The notes beneath the pieces were generated by a model. That model had not been told where the DNA came from, did no database searches, and saw nothing but the letters and a program-made list of their open reading frames with translations. A program made the translations under genes and the position numbers. DNA of 56,828 nucleotides, counting the filler, from Bipalium vagum (Eukaryota): NCBI GenBank assembly GCA_037834085.1. It is 3 parts of 3 records of this genome, joined end to end, with 100 filler letters (N's around TTAATTAATTAA, not from the genome) between each part and the next. Parts side by side here need not be neighbours in the genome. Positions count along the whole stretch, not along the records: positions 22,166 to 40,910 come from JBBMKC010020444.1; 2 more parts are not named here. One strand, given 5' to 3'. Shown piece after piece: positions 25,805 to 38,600 of the stretch (position 1 is its first letter; each line of letters starts with the position of its first letter).

Positions 25805-26624
25805 TGTTACTATTATACTTAGACGTAGTAACGTGTGCTCATGTGCTCGTGACTCCTCACTTTTATAAATCGTTGTCTCAGTAATTCCTCTCAACCTTTT
25901 CGAATCAAAACACCCACCACAATACCGTATACTCATCAAGGTTAATGGAATCCTGGAGTCCACCCAAGAACGACTGTCAGAAATCCATTAGCTTAATCTG
26001 CCGAAAATCCCCACGGCGAGATTTTGTCATCAGAAAGAAAATTTCTTTTTAAAGAAAAANNNNNNNNNNNNNNNNNNNNNNNNNNNNNNNNNNNNNNNNN
26101 NNNNNNNNNNNNNNNNNNNNNNNNNNNNNNNNNNNNNNNNNNNNNNNNNNNNNNNNNNNNNNNNNNNNNNNNNNNNNNNNNNNNNNNNNNNNNNNNNTTA
26201 ATATTATTAAGTTGCAAAAATATATATAATTATTTTTAATTATTATTACTAATTTTTTTTAATATTATTATAATTACCATTATTATAATCATCATTATTA
26301 TTGCTCCAAAACCAAACATTTTTATTTTATTTTATTTATCATTATTCTTGGTGTCATTGTTATTTATTAGACTCATTGATTAAAGGGTGATTTAACGAAG
26401 TGAATTGTCGTTGTGGTCATTATTTTCCAGTGTGGTTGTGTTTTGTTCAAATAAAGTTTTATTGTAGAAGTTTGATTCAGTTCTTAAGGGTGCGGATACG
26501 GTATTGTGGTGAGTGTTTTGATTTGAAAAGGTTGAGAGGAATTACGGACACAATGATTTATAAAAGTGAGGAGTCACGAGCACACGACCACACGTTACTA
26601 CGTCTAAGTATAATAGTAATAAAA
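25805..26624. repeat. Inverted pair of about 130-bp LTR-like repeats (25805-25933 / 26494-26624) spanning an N gap
   Basis: TGTTACTATTATACTTAGACGTAGTAACGTGTG...AATACCGTAT and its reverse complement, with scattered mismatches. Confidence 0.9.
26060..26197. other. Assembly gap (138 N)
   Basis: N run. Confidence 0.99.
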
Positions 26625-27624
26625 GGTTTTGTGTATGACAAATACATATTTGAAAAATAATTTGGTTTTTAGTGTTTTTAGTTAAAGTTCTCCTATTATA
26701 TATACTTCCTTCAAACGGGAGTTGGTGAACCGTAACTATCTTATAAAAAAAATTAAACAATAAAACTTTGTCGGTGTTCAACACCAACAATAACAATTTT
26801 TTTGTACACGATACTGTGTTCTAATTTTCATTATTTGAATTCACAAATTATTTAAATACTTAGGTATTTAAACACAGCATTTAAATATTGATCTTAAAAT
26901 ATGTAGCTTTTCCAAAAATTTATAAATCTTTAGTTTATATAAGCCGCGGCCTATCTTTAAAAAGTTAGTTTTTTGTGAAAAAAATAGTTGTGGCTAATCT
27001 ATGTTTGCCATTTATGTACGAGATTATACGGTAAATCATTTTTAGACTTATTCAAGGTGTGTATACATCTGCCTTAAATGAATTTTAAAACCAAAACTAT
27101 TTCATTTTTGTCATCAATTGTTTTAAGTTTTATTTCATTTATTGTTTTACAATTATGGGATAATAAATTAAAAACCAGACCTTTTAATTATTCTATATCC
27201 ATTCATATCTGTGTTGAGGTTACAACTCCTATCTTTTAAGTGTATGTAAATAAAATTTTGGCAAAAAATAAAATTTAAATAATACGCTGGCTTATTTAAA
27301 ATTAAGTATTTTAATTATTAATTTAAAATTAATTAAATAAAATTTAAATATTATTTTAGGAGCAACTTATGATTTTTAATCAGTGGCATGTCTCTCTAAA
27401 ATTCTTAAATTATAATTTTCTTAAATTTTTAGAAATGTATTTTATTTTTAGCAATAATGTAATTTAGAAAGTACGTCATGATTGACAGCTTAACTGGCCG
27501 ACTAGAGACGCAAAAAAGAACAGTAAAATAGTATATAAGCCAGCGAAAATTCATTATTTTTCGCCCAGAAAATTATCAGAAAAATTTGGTATGATTTTGA
27601 TTATTGAACAATTATTTTTAAATA

Positions 27625-27865
27625 ATCATTATTTTTATTATTATAATATTATTATTATTAGTAGTAGTAGTACTTTTATTATTATTATTGTTAATATGAT
27701 TATTTTTATTATGATAATTATTAGTACTATTTTATTATTATGATTATTATTATTTATTATTATTAATATTATTATGATTATTATAATAATTAATTATTAT
27801 TATAATTATATTATAATATATTTATATTATATATATTATATTATATATTATAATTATTATTATGT
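27625..27865. repeat. Degenerate (TAT)n low-complexity tract
   Basis: Direct observation; explains the spurious ORF 27774-27968. Confidence 0.85.
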
Positions 27866-28132
27866 CACAATTATTGTAGTGAGAATTTATCATAGATCAA
27901 AAAATACATTAGAAAAACAAAATTTAATAAATGTGAAAGGAATGTATAATTTAAATGTCATAATGTAACTGAAATTGATTTGTACTTTTAAATGGGTAAG
28001 CAAATGAAACTTGTACAAGTGAAATTTTGTAAATGAAAGTTGTGTACGATGGTATCAACAAATGAGAAATGAATAATATAAACATAACTATATAAGTCAG
28101 TATTTTTCATAAAATAATATAAAATTATCACA

Positions 28133-29233
28133 ATGTTTGCAAAGTCGTTGTTTATAATTGGCTTCTCGATTTTAATTTACTTTATGTCGCCTAAAATACA
28201 TCTTGATATTCAACCAGAACAATATACTGAAGAACGTCTTCCCCCAAGCGATGTGAAAGTCATCTCATGGAATAATGCTCGTAAATATTTTCCAGATCAA
28301 ATTAAAGGTCCTGAATCTTTCACTCATAATCCTGAAACTGGCGACATATACACTGGCACTATGGATGGAATGATTTGGAAAATAAATAAAGAATTAACCC
28401 ACGCTGAGCCAATTATTCGAGTTGGAAATGATGATCCAAACTGTGGACATGATAATGTTGCGCATATTTGTGGAAGAGTTTTAGGAATCAAGTATGTAAA
28501 TCCTTCAAGACTTATAGTAGCTGATTCTTATAATGGTATTATCGACATAAATCTTCAGAAAATAACCAAACGAGTTCTTGTTGGACTAAAGGATTTGAAA
28601 AGTAGTAAACCATTATTTCTTAACTCTGTGGACGTACTACGAAATGAAATTATTTACTTCACAGTTTTATCTATGAAATATACTCTTCGTGATTTTGTTT
28701 ATGGTTTCATAGAAAATGAGAGGTCTGGAAGAGTCTATAGTTATAATATCGTAACAAATGAACTTCAGATTATATTGTCAGATGTTTCATTTCCAAACGG
28801 AATAGTAATAACCCACGATGAAACAGGATTAATATTTTGTGAATTTCTAGCGAAAAGATTATGGAAGATTAATTTGTTAAATCGGAATGAAAAACCAATT
28901 ATAATTTTGGATAAAGTTGAAGGAAATCCCGACAATATTAAAAGAGCTGATTCTAAATACTTTTATGTAGCCATATTGAAGGTGGAATCTGCTTTGACTA
29001 GGTTTATGCGAAACTATCCCTTAACAGCATGGTTTATTCCCCACTGGCTGATAATGCATAATTTGAATGAGAATGGTCACATTTATAAAATCGATGACAG
29101 TGGTAACATTATTTCTGTTATTAATGGAACAAATTCAGAAATAAAATTCATAACTGAGGGTTATAAAATTGGAGACAAATTATTTTTAGGCAATCTTATA
29201 TTTCCATATTTACATGTACTTTCAATTGATTGA
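28133..29233 (+). CDS. APMAP: Strictosidine synthase-like / APMAP-hemomucin family six-bladed beta-propeller, 366 aa, intronless
   Basis: N-terminal hydrophobic anchor; motifs GPES, IYTGTMDG, NCG..HICGRVLGI, VADSYNGI, SGRVYSY, FPNGI and GNPDNI are characteristic of the SSL/APMAP family. Orthology versus paralogy is unresolved. Confidence 0.9.
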   Translation: MFAKSLFIIGFSILIYFMSPKIHLDIQPEQYTEERLPPSDVKVISWNNARKYFPDQIKGPESFTHNPETGDIYTGTMDGMIWKINKELTHAEPIIRVGNDDPNCGHDNVAHICGRVLGIKYVNPSRLIVADSYNGIIDINLQKITKRVLVGLKDLKSSKPLFLNSVDVLRNEIIYFTVLSMKYTLRDFVYGFIENERSGRVYSYNIVTNELQIILSDVSFPNGIVITHDETGLIFCEFLAKRLWKINLLNRNEKPIIILDKVEGNPDNIKRADSKYFYVAILKVESALTRFMRNYPLTAWFIPHWLIMHNLNENGHIYKIDDSGNIISVINGTNSEIKFITEGYKIGDKLFLGNLIFPYLHVLSID

Positions 29234-29899
29234 TTGCCAGGAAGAAATATTTTGGAATTAATCAACTTTAATTTTGACTAATCGGAGAAATCTTCTAATT
29301 AATTGTGATTTAAAACAAAAATTTGTAATTTAGTTCAAAATTTTTTATAAAAAAAATTTAACTATTTTTCTATTATTCATTCAAACTGTTATATTATAGT
29401 TACCAACATATTTTAATATCAAACTGTTTACCATATGGTGACGCCAATTTTAATTCGTAACCTTTGCACTTACTGGATATGTTTAAATACATGCATGATA
29501 CTTCTGTATACTATTCGCAGTATTTCCGTTGGATAAGGAATATACGTCTATCCACTTTATGAATTTTCAAGTTATTTCTTATGCGATTTCTGGAATCTAG
29601 AGGGACACTTTTTTATATCTATATATTAATATTTATTCTTTATTGCCGTCCTTCATTAATTCACCAATTATTTTTTATTATTTTTAAATAATTTTGTCTA
29701 TATAGTTTGTATTCTGCTTATCTTCTGTAATTCTTTATCTATCCATCTATCAATCCATTTTGAATATCTAAATATTTGTCTAATACTTTATTTGTAATGG
29801 TTTGCCCATTGTTTGCTTTTGTTCAAAGATTTCACTGATTAATTCTAATATTGTCGAGACCAAACTTACCATCTTTTTAGTTCAATAATTTCTTGGTCA

Positions 29900-29982
29900 T
29901 TTCATAGTAATAGTAATATCATATTAATATCATATCATAGTAATATTATAGTAATAGTAATAGTAATATCATAGTAATATCA
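29900..29982. repeat. Short imperfect tandem repeat (ATAGTA / ATATC units)
   Basis: catagtaatagtaatatcatat... repeated. Confidence 0.7.
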
Positions 29983-30089
29983 TTTTTATTAACTTTTACT
30001 TAATGATCCTTCATAAATCTTTTTCTAAAATTGGTCTTCAAACACTTGGACCTTTTAATAGTACCATCTAAAATAATAACCAGATCAAA

Positions 30090-31491
30090 ATGAAATTAGC
30101 ACTATTCGAAAGTACACAACAAATTAGATATATACACCGTTTGCATTTTATATCTAATAAGTTATAATAAAAATGATGTGGTTACTGAATTTGTCTCTGT
30201 AGACATACCATTGTAGAAATCCACATATACGAGATCTTTTTCAAGGTATTGGGAAACCTTTACCCAGTGAACAGCACTGTCGATCATTGGTTCCAGGAAT
30301 GTATCAGGAAGAAATGACAAAAATGAAGTCATTATTTGACGGTAAGAAGATATTTATGAATTTTGATGAAACCGATGTATCCAGCAATAGATACGTAAAT
30401 GTTCTTCTTGGATTATTGAATATGTCTATTAAATCCTATTTGGTCGATTTTGTTCCATTCACAGCTCCACCAAATAGCCAAAGTGTAATTCTACATTATT
30501 GACGATACAATGAAATGTATGGGAATTGGAAGAAATAATCTCTCACTCTTGCTCAGTGATGCAGCAAGATATATGACTTCGGCAAGTAATACATTACATG
30601 TATTGTACCCAAACCTTTTCCATGTCACTTGTATTTCTCACCTCATGCATAATTGTGCCATGAAAGTTCGAGCTTACTATGAAAATGTTGACAATTTAAT
30701 ATCACGACTGAGATTGACTGCTGTTAAAAACAAGGTAAGATTGAACGATTTCATAAATATTGGATATCCACCAGATATCATTGTGACACAATGGGAAAGC
30801 TGGATAAATGCAGCGTTATATTATTCTAAACATTTTCCTGAGGTTAAAAAATAGTAGAAAATTGGTCTGGGAATTGTGTTTTGGTAAAGCAAGCAGTAAG
30901 GACACTAAAATGCAAAAAATTAATGTCTTCATTAATTGAAATTCAGGAATGCTACAGTTCAATATCTTTATTAATTCAAAAGTTTGAAGGCAGACATTGC
31001 CCGATTACTGAAACACGGAATTATCTTAATAAGATTAACTTTTATAAGGATCCATGTGAAATTGAAAAATACCTGAATGCAAGAATTCAGAAAAATGATT
31101 TTAGCGAGATTATTAACAACTCAAGACCAGATATATCTCCACAGGATTATGTTTTATTGGAGCAATGCTAGTGCAGTACATCAGATGTTGAAAGAAGCTT
31201 TTCCATGTTGATAAATATGTTGCCTAATAAGAGAAATTTTAAACCTGAAAATGTTAACAATTATTTTGTGACTGCCTACAATGCATCAACCAATTGAATT
31301 GATGTTTATAATTAAAAATTACTTACGATTGCATGTTACATTTTCACAACTTATTGTGTTAAATGTCTTGTATTTAAAAGTCAATAAAGTCAATTTCAAT
31401 AGTTTTTATAGGTCAATTTCCGTCATATTTTGGGTCAAAATATTAGGTTAATCTTTATAATCTTTAGGTTAATTTTTGGGGGGCCCTACTA
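30090..31491 (+). mobile_element. CGGBP1/DUF659-like hAT transposase pseudogene with 3' end
   Basis: FDETD, LLLSDAARYM, HVTCISHLMH, TQWESW and TSDVERSFS motifs across three broken ORFs; TIR-like GGGGGCCCTACTA end at about 31478-31491. Confidence 0.85.
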
Positions 31492-31699
31492 ATAACCTTT
31501 GGTTTTTTTATTCATTTAAAGATGTCTATCATATTTTGAATCAATCATACGAAGAAAAATTAGTTAGTCTTTATTCAAATTATTTTTATAAAATACAAAA
31601 AAAATTATAAAATAAAGGTTAAATAAAAGCCAAAAATAAGAGAATTTTTAATAATAAAAATGATACAGAATTTCATCTCATACAAGTCTTACTTGAAGA

Positions 31700-32300
31700 T
31701 ATATTAAAAGTTTATTAATAAATTCGGTATCAGGTTTGCAAAATTAATATTACAGATGTGACGCTATAAGCAGCTATTAAATACAAACCAAAATTTTAAT
31801 TGAAAGTTCAATCTTTGATTAGTTGATTAAATAGAAAAAAGTACAAATCAAAAATCAAAATGATCACAAGTTAGCAATTATTCATTTTTGACAAGACATC
31901 AACAAAAGAACTATAGAAATGTGTTGAAACGTTACAATGAATACGGTCGAGTTAATTATAACATGAATTCAGGTCCAAAAGTAAATTCTATTTAACCGAA
32001 CATTTGAAAGGATAAAAACGATATGTAAAGCAAGCATCAACAAATAGTTGAAAAGTGATAATTATTTTGGTAATTCTGAAGCATTATTAGGTATAAAGAT
32101 AAAAAAAAAGGTATGTCATAAATACGTGAAAAATCAACCAGAACATTGTAAAACTAATGTTTGGAAATTATATCTAAATATATAGTCATAAAAACCAAAG
32201 AAAATTTGTTTATGGATGGTGAATCATATATGCTAGTGGAAATACCAGGCAAATACTATTAAAATGAAGTGGAAGAAAACCCAACACCTAAGAAATTTAA
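31700..32300 (+). mobile_element. Tc1-like transposase fossil
   Basis: LFMDGESY (MDDESY-like first catalytic Asp region); heavily degraded. Confidence 0.4.
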
Positions 32301-32699
32301 TTTTAAAAATATTTTTAATTTTATTTATTTCAATTTTTCTTTTTTATAATTTTTTAACAATTTTATGAATTTGAGATGAACTTTCAAGAAAAGAAGTTAA
32401 AATTTATGATTTTTATTCAGCTTAAAGATTTTTTTCAATTCATGATTTTACAATTTTTAAGAATTTTTAAATACTAAAATATATAATATTTTTACTCGAT
32501 TTAATAAATATAAAAATTGAAGCAACATTGCAAATATTACAAAAATATTTTAACACAAAAATATTAAAAATCTTTTATTATTAAAAGTAAAATATCAGAT
32601 ATTATTTTCAGATATTATAGGGAATTAATTAATTAATTAATCCCTTAATTAATCCCGAAGTAATTAATCCCTTTGTCTAACTTTGTATCGGTGTAGAGA

Positions 32700-34090
32700 C
32701 AAAGTTAAAAATAATGGGCTATTGATGGAAATAGCCGTCTCGAAGCCTAGGAATTGGTAATCGTAGCCAAATCTTTACGACTATATAAAGAGTCGGCTAT
32801 TCTCCTAAATTTGCCTACCACAAAGACTGCGAATAATAGTTCAATGAATGTGGTAGGAAAGATAACAGTTGATGTTTATATTGGAGATATTCACAACTGT
32901 AGAACAGGTTTCACCAGAGCTGATCAGAGAAACAGAATTTTTGACAAAGTTCGAATTTATATTGATGAAGATTTCGATGAAAATGGAGGTCTCACAGGTA
33001 TGCAGAGTTGAGGTTGGAATGTTTATTAGATATAGGGGCCAGAATTAATATAATGAGCTGTAATATAGCTAAAAGATTGAGTAATATTCGAATGAGAAAA
33101 TGCGAAGACAGATTACGGTGTGCAAATGACAACGCACTAGAAACCATGGGAAAACTGTCAGTAAATGTCGTAATAGAAGGCAGACAAGCAGAAAATAATT
33201 TTATTGTTGTAAGAAATGTTAATCCTGGCCTGATAGGAGGTGTTACAACGATAATTTGATTTTGTGTTAAACCAAGAACACTTAATTTCGAAAGTACAGA
33301 TAGAGAAAATAGAAGACAGAGAAAAATCATTTATTTGCAATATTGAGGCAAAATTTGGAAGAAAAATAAACATTGGAGAAAGACAACAGAAAACATTAAC
33401 AGCATTGAAAATAGAACGGAAATCACAGTTGGTAATATTATACAGGAAAATGAAGACGTCTTTATGGCTGATAAGTGGGACATTGGATGCACTCATTTAG
33501 CTCGGCATAGTATAAAAACAAATGGTAATCCTATTATTATTAAGCCATTTAGACAGTTGATGAATTTAAAGACAAAATCAATTAAGCAATAAACAACCTT
33601 CATAAGAATGACATAATTAGGAAATTTCAATCATCGCGGAACACACCTTTAAATAATGTGTGGAAGAAAGATAAGAAGAAAATTAGATTATGCGTGGATT
33701 TCAGACAGCTCAATGCAATAACAGAGATTCCAGCTTTCCCAATGCCTAATGTTGATGAAACGCTAGGCATTAAGTGGGTCAAAATATTTCAGTGCAATTG
33801 ATTTAGGAAATGCCTATTACCAAGTGGAATTGGATGAAGAGTCAAAAGAAAAAACGGCCTTTTAACAAAAACAGGCCAATATTATTTTAATCGCATGCCG
33901 TTTGGAATAGCAGCTGCTCCAGGGACGTTTCAAAGGATTATGAATAAAGTAGTTGGTGATTTGAAAGGAGCAATTGAGTATCTGGATGATATCTTGGTAT
34001 TCTCAGACAATATCGAACATTACACAAGGCTGGATAGGGTATTAAAAAATAAAAGAAGCCGGATTGCGATTGAACCTGAAAAATGACAGA
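32700..34090 (+). mobile_element. Gypsy LTR retrotransposon pol fragment (protease + RT), pseudogenised
   Basis: LLDIGARINIM protease; RLCVDFRQLN, FPMPNVDE, IDLGNAYYQV, MPFGIAAAPGTFQRIM and YLDDILVFS RT motifs. Confidence 0.93.
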
Positions 34091-34369
34091 TTAAAAATGA
34101 TAAAAATAATAATTTCAAATCTGACTCCAATTTAATGCATCCACTCTTAATTGAAACATTAAACCTAATTAATTATTAAAATCCAAATATAACTGAATAA
34201 TTAAATGTTGGAGGTAGAGCAATTAATATTTTATATCCCGATAGATTTAAGATCAAAATCAACAAACCACAAGAGTATTTAAATAAATAATAATAAAAAT
34301 GACTCAATATTTAGGCTTAGAAATAATTATGAGCAAAACCCCTAAGATACCTACAGATCCCTTCTACCT

Positions 34370-34800
34370 TTGACCTCTCTAACATCCTTCAAAACTCTCG
34401 ATAATATTATTACTTTCTTCTCTAAACCAATCCCAAAACCAAATAATAAATCTTTATTCACAAAACTGAATACCTTCCCTTATTATGAGGACTCTATGCC
34501 TTCTCTTCCAATCTCCATGACTGAATTAGAGATAGCAATTTTAGATAATTTCATCAATTTGTCGAGCAAAATTCATTTAACATCCAGTCATTTAACGAAA
34601 AGGCTGGAAATATATAATGGATCCAGAGTTATATGATGAGATTATCCCAAAGATAAAAGAGCAAAATACTTATTTATACTTAGGAGTCTCATTCGGCCAA
34701 CCAAGACAACAAAATATTGACCACATACTTAATGAAATTTTAAGATTTTAATCTTATTTGTGACTCTAATCGTCACCCGGCTCAACAAATTAATTGTTAT
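34370..34800 (+). mobile_element. Non-LTR retrotransposon (R2/NeSL-like) RT fragment
   Basis: ISMTELEIAI and YLGVSFGQ...ILNEILR..LICDSNRHPAQQI resemble pre-RT and post-RT motifs (YLGV, S.L.P.QK). Confidence 0.4.
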
Positions 34801-34819
34801 AGTTAGACTAAATTTGCTT

Positions 34820-36632
34820 GTTTGAGTATTAAATAAATAGTTTTGAAATCCAAATTGTTATGATTCAATTAAAAGAAGATCTAACTGGTGACCACACCGA
34901 AAATTTTAATGTCATCACAAGACAACAAGAAAAGAAGATCCTATTAAATCCTTTGCCAAAGAAGGCACAATAATTCGATGGACAAGACACATAGGAGAAT
35001 GAGAAATGGCTGAATGAAATTAAAGAGTGGTTGCACATCAATACACTTTGCTTGACCGGTGTTTTTGACCTTCTACTGATGGATGAAGCCGTTATTTTGT
35101 GGAGAAATTTTAAGTCGAAAGATACGACAGTACCTGGTGCTAAGCAATGGTTCTTAGATACCCTTACCTTCAAGAAATCTTTCACATACCTCATTATGGA
35201 TTTAGTAGAAGTAAAACAGAAGGAAGATAAGAGATTCGCAACCTTCGAGATTAAAATACGAGAACTACTGAACAGTATCTTAGACTCTGATATGATTAGA
35301 GACGAAATGATCAATAATCTCTTAAGAAAGAAAGCTAGAAGTGGGAAGTTAAAAGAAGCTTTAACTTCGAGGCCAAATATTGATACATCAGAAATTAGAA
35401 GCTGGCGAAGCTATACGAAGCCCGGGAACAACAAGAGGAGTGTTCTTACGAGAAAGGAATCTTACGATAAACAACTTTACAGGTGTAAAATTTCAGAGAT
35501 TAAATATTATAACAACCTTGGTGATACAAGAAAGGCGTATGGAGCTACCGAGCCCACAAAACACTTCGAAATTGGCGGAAGCAGGTACAGAGCGGATACC
35601 CCTATTGTAAATTATAACAAGGGAATGTCGGAGCCTAGAAGGGTCAATCCAAGAGTGTCAATAAAACATGTAGCGCGATGTTTATATAACAAACTAAATG
35701 GAAGATTCAATTTCAGGAGAAGATAATTTGGAAACGGAAGGAGATGAAAAAACCTGAACGATTCCGCCACTTACATTTCGTCGGTGAGATCAAATAATTA
35801 AAGAGTTTTCAGAATCGGAATGTGAACAGCAGAGACGCGATCTAGTGGCGGTTGATGGTATAAAGTTGAAAATGTTGTGGGACTCAGGAGCTTCAGTCAC
35901 GGTGATAAGTGAAAAGTATTGGAAGAAATTGGGTATGCCGGAATTGATAAAGAGCAACTTATTGTTGAGTGTAGTTTTTTCGGAAGGTGGCGAAAAACTT
36001 CTTGATTCCTGTAGAGGGAGTGTCAGCTGGAAAGAAAAATGTCGTGAAATAGATATCGTAATAGTAAGGAATATACAACCAGGTTTTGTCGGTGGTGTAA
36101 ATTTGATGAAATTATTTGGATTCGAATTGTTTGAAATCGGCAGTGTTGAGGATGTGAATCTAAAGAAGAAAATTACTAATGATGAGCGCACAATTGATTG
36201 CACAACTCTATGCAGAACAAGCTTTGAAACGATTACGAAATTTATTAATGAGATATGCAGCCTTTTTATGGGATCGACGTTTGACATCGGACACACTAAT
36301 ATAGTGACAGTAGTTCCAATATTGCAACATCCCAGGCAACCTATGCATCTCGATTCAAAAATTGACAAAATGATTGTGCAACTCATACAGCTAGTGATAT
36401 TCAAAAATGCAAGAATTCGTGAAACTCTCCACTGGTAGTGATAGGAAAGACGGGTCGATTCGAATGTGTGGATTTTAGACTGATTAACGCGATTACGGAA
36501 ATTTTACCTTTTTAATAGCAGATATGCAATTATTATTAGATTGTTTATTCAATTCGACGTGCTTCTCGTCTGTAGATCTCGGATAAGCATACTACCAGGT
36601 GGACTTGTCAGAAAAATCTTGGATTATCACTG
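34820..36632 (+). mobile_element. Gypsy element 2: LTR end, PBS, gag, protease, truncated RT
   Basis: PBS-like TGGTGACC at 34886; 231-aa gag-like ORF; MLWDSGASVTVISE protease; KDGSIRMCVDF and FSSVDLG*AYYQV RT remnants. Confidence 0.9.
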
Positions 36633-36879
36633 TAATTATTAAATTTTAATTAATATTAAAATATCATAAATATTTTTAAGGTAATATATTAAAATTTAAG
36701 GTAAAATAAATTTTTTAATAATTTTCATAAATTTAAATGTTTCTTTTAAAAATTAAATAATTAAATTAATTTTTTAGGTAATTAATTTTAGGTAATTAAT
36801 TTGTTTGAGTAAATAATAAAAAGAGGAAACTTATTCAAACTATACAATTATTTTCATCGAATAAAAATGTTACTCAATC

Positions 36880-38140
36880 TTAACTTTATGAATTCAGAAA
36901 CTGTTGATAACGTCGCAGTAACTAACATGGCGATCAGCGCATCAATGGACATCATGTTTGAAGCGTTACATCATGGAATTTTTAGGAAGGATGAAGACAT
37001 CGAAAAATTTAATAAAAAGCTGCACCAAATATTTTGAGTACATTGGTATAAAGAAAAAAGAAAAAGGTCTGTTAATCTAGGTCTAATTGATCGAGACTTA
37101 AGGGAAGCCTGTGAATGCCAAGATAAATCTCTAGATTATGAAAATCGTATAAGAAAGGCATTTCTGAGAAAGACAACTTTAATGCGGGACTTTAAGAATT
37201 TAAGAATTTAGACGAAAATTAAAGGGGGAAAATTAGGCAATTCAGAAGATATATTCGAGGGAATTAAAGCAAATGATGAATTAAAGAATGATCTGAACGA
37301 GACAGAAACATCAATACAGTTCAGAGATGCAGTTATGTTTTAACAAGGCCAGCAATTAAAAACACGGCTATTGAACGATCACAACCTCAAAATTTCATTC
37401 CACAGCGTCATAAATGAGGTGACATGCTGGTCTTGTCAAAAAGTAGTTCATATAAGTCAAAGGACGCCTGTAAAAAAGAAATCGCGTTTGGATATGATCA
37501 GCATCTGAGAAGTCAGTGTGACAAGATAAGATGTACGAGATGTGAAAGAATGGACTTCGTACAGAGGAATTTCACACAAATTTGAGACAGCAGGATTACA
37601 GGCAAGGAAGTGACAATTTACTTTTTAACCGAAGAAATAATGCAAGAAAGATGTGATGAAAACAACGGTTTTTCAAACGTTGATAGAAAGATAGGAGGTA
37701 ATAATGAATATCAAAGACCAAACCACTCCGGGTGCATAAATGCAATTGAGAAGAAGAGGACTACGTGGCAAGAGGAGACAAGATTTACTACTTTAATAAG
37801 GAAACAAACAAAAGCGTCCCCAATCAACTCCATCCGAAGTCGAGTTGATTGGAGCTCTAAACTAGATACCAGTTCAGATTGCAATATTTATATTTATAAT
37901 AGAAGTAATTTTATCAATATTATAAAAGATGAAGAGAAAGTTGATAGAAAGGTGTATGTGTTTTCTTAAAGAAAGGTTACAAAGATATTTGTAATAAAGA
38001 TACGAATGATGAGAATAATGATAATAATGATAATAGAATAATGGTCATAGAAGAGACCGGTGAATTGAAGATTAAGTACAATATTATGCAAGGTAAACCT
38101 ATTGTTGAGATTAAAATTCAAGGAAAGTGCTTCAAGATTC
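36880..38140 (+). mobile_element. Gypsy element 3: decayed gag with zinc knuckles and start of pol
   Basis: VTCWSCQKVVHISQ and RCTRCER degenerate CCHC knuckles; KLDTSSDCNI protease-like motif. Confidence 0.65.
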
Positions 38141-38600
38141 ATTACAATGCACGTTTCATCAGAAAATGTGACTTTTCGTCAATATAGTTCCATCAAATTT
38201 TTAAATTGTTGTTCCCACTTCTTGTACTGTAAGATGTGATTACGTCAAAAAAAGTTTATGAGGGGCTTTGGTGCATAGGCGACTTTCTTTAATTAATAGG
38301 TCATTTATGCATCTTCTAGAAACTATGGACAACCATATATTATAAGCTATAAGTTCTTTAACTGTTCGCTGAGGAATTGCTTTGCTATTACAAGTTACTT
38401 CTCTAATATCTGGTATAAAAAGCCTTGGTTTTCTTCCGAATTCCTCTATTGATTGTCCCACTTTGCTTGTAATGTATCATCAAGCGATGTAAGGTTAAGA
38501 TAGGCATTTTTAACTAGCGTTGAGTATCCTTCTATAATAAGCCAGCCTCAAACATAGCTTTCACTTCAGCGTGTTTTCTATAGTATTATCCATTTTCAAA
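38140..38600 (-). mobile_element. Tc1 transposase N-terminal fragment
   Basis: GRKPRL..., KAPHKLFLT and KVTFSDETCI (first catalytic Asp) on the minus strand. Confidence 0.75.

Larger units (their letters stand above)
24288..27033 (-). mobile_element. Decayed pogo (POGK-like) element with nested insertions
   Basis: RFALNFLKL..IIKYTEEHGN resembles a Brinker-type HTH; LESRLKT*IINEKKKGMQISVALIRKKAL resembles a CENP-B HTH. TIR-like ends: TACCGTATAATCTCG (27033, minus) with ATATAAGCCGCGG, and degenerate GTAAATCCAGTATATAAACCACGG at 24292. Confidence 0.65.

Noticed and set aside
25697-26660. Paralogous-looking ORFs 25697-25963 (-) and 26400-26660 (+) with shared RYCG.CFD.KRLRG
   Set aside because: The similarity simply reflects the inverted repeat; non-ATG starts, and one ORF runs into a microsatellite.
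32992-36404. Minus-strand ORFs 32992-33330, 33158-33496, 34865-35314 and 35790-36404
   Set aside because: Antisense shadows of Gypsy gag/pol with no independent motifs; the same applies to the shadow or alternate-frame ORFs 42360-42629, 51989-52375 and 54193-54522.
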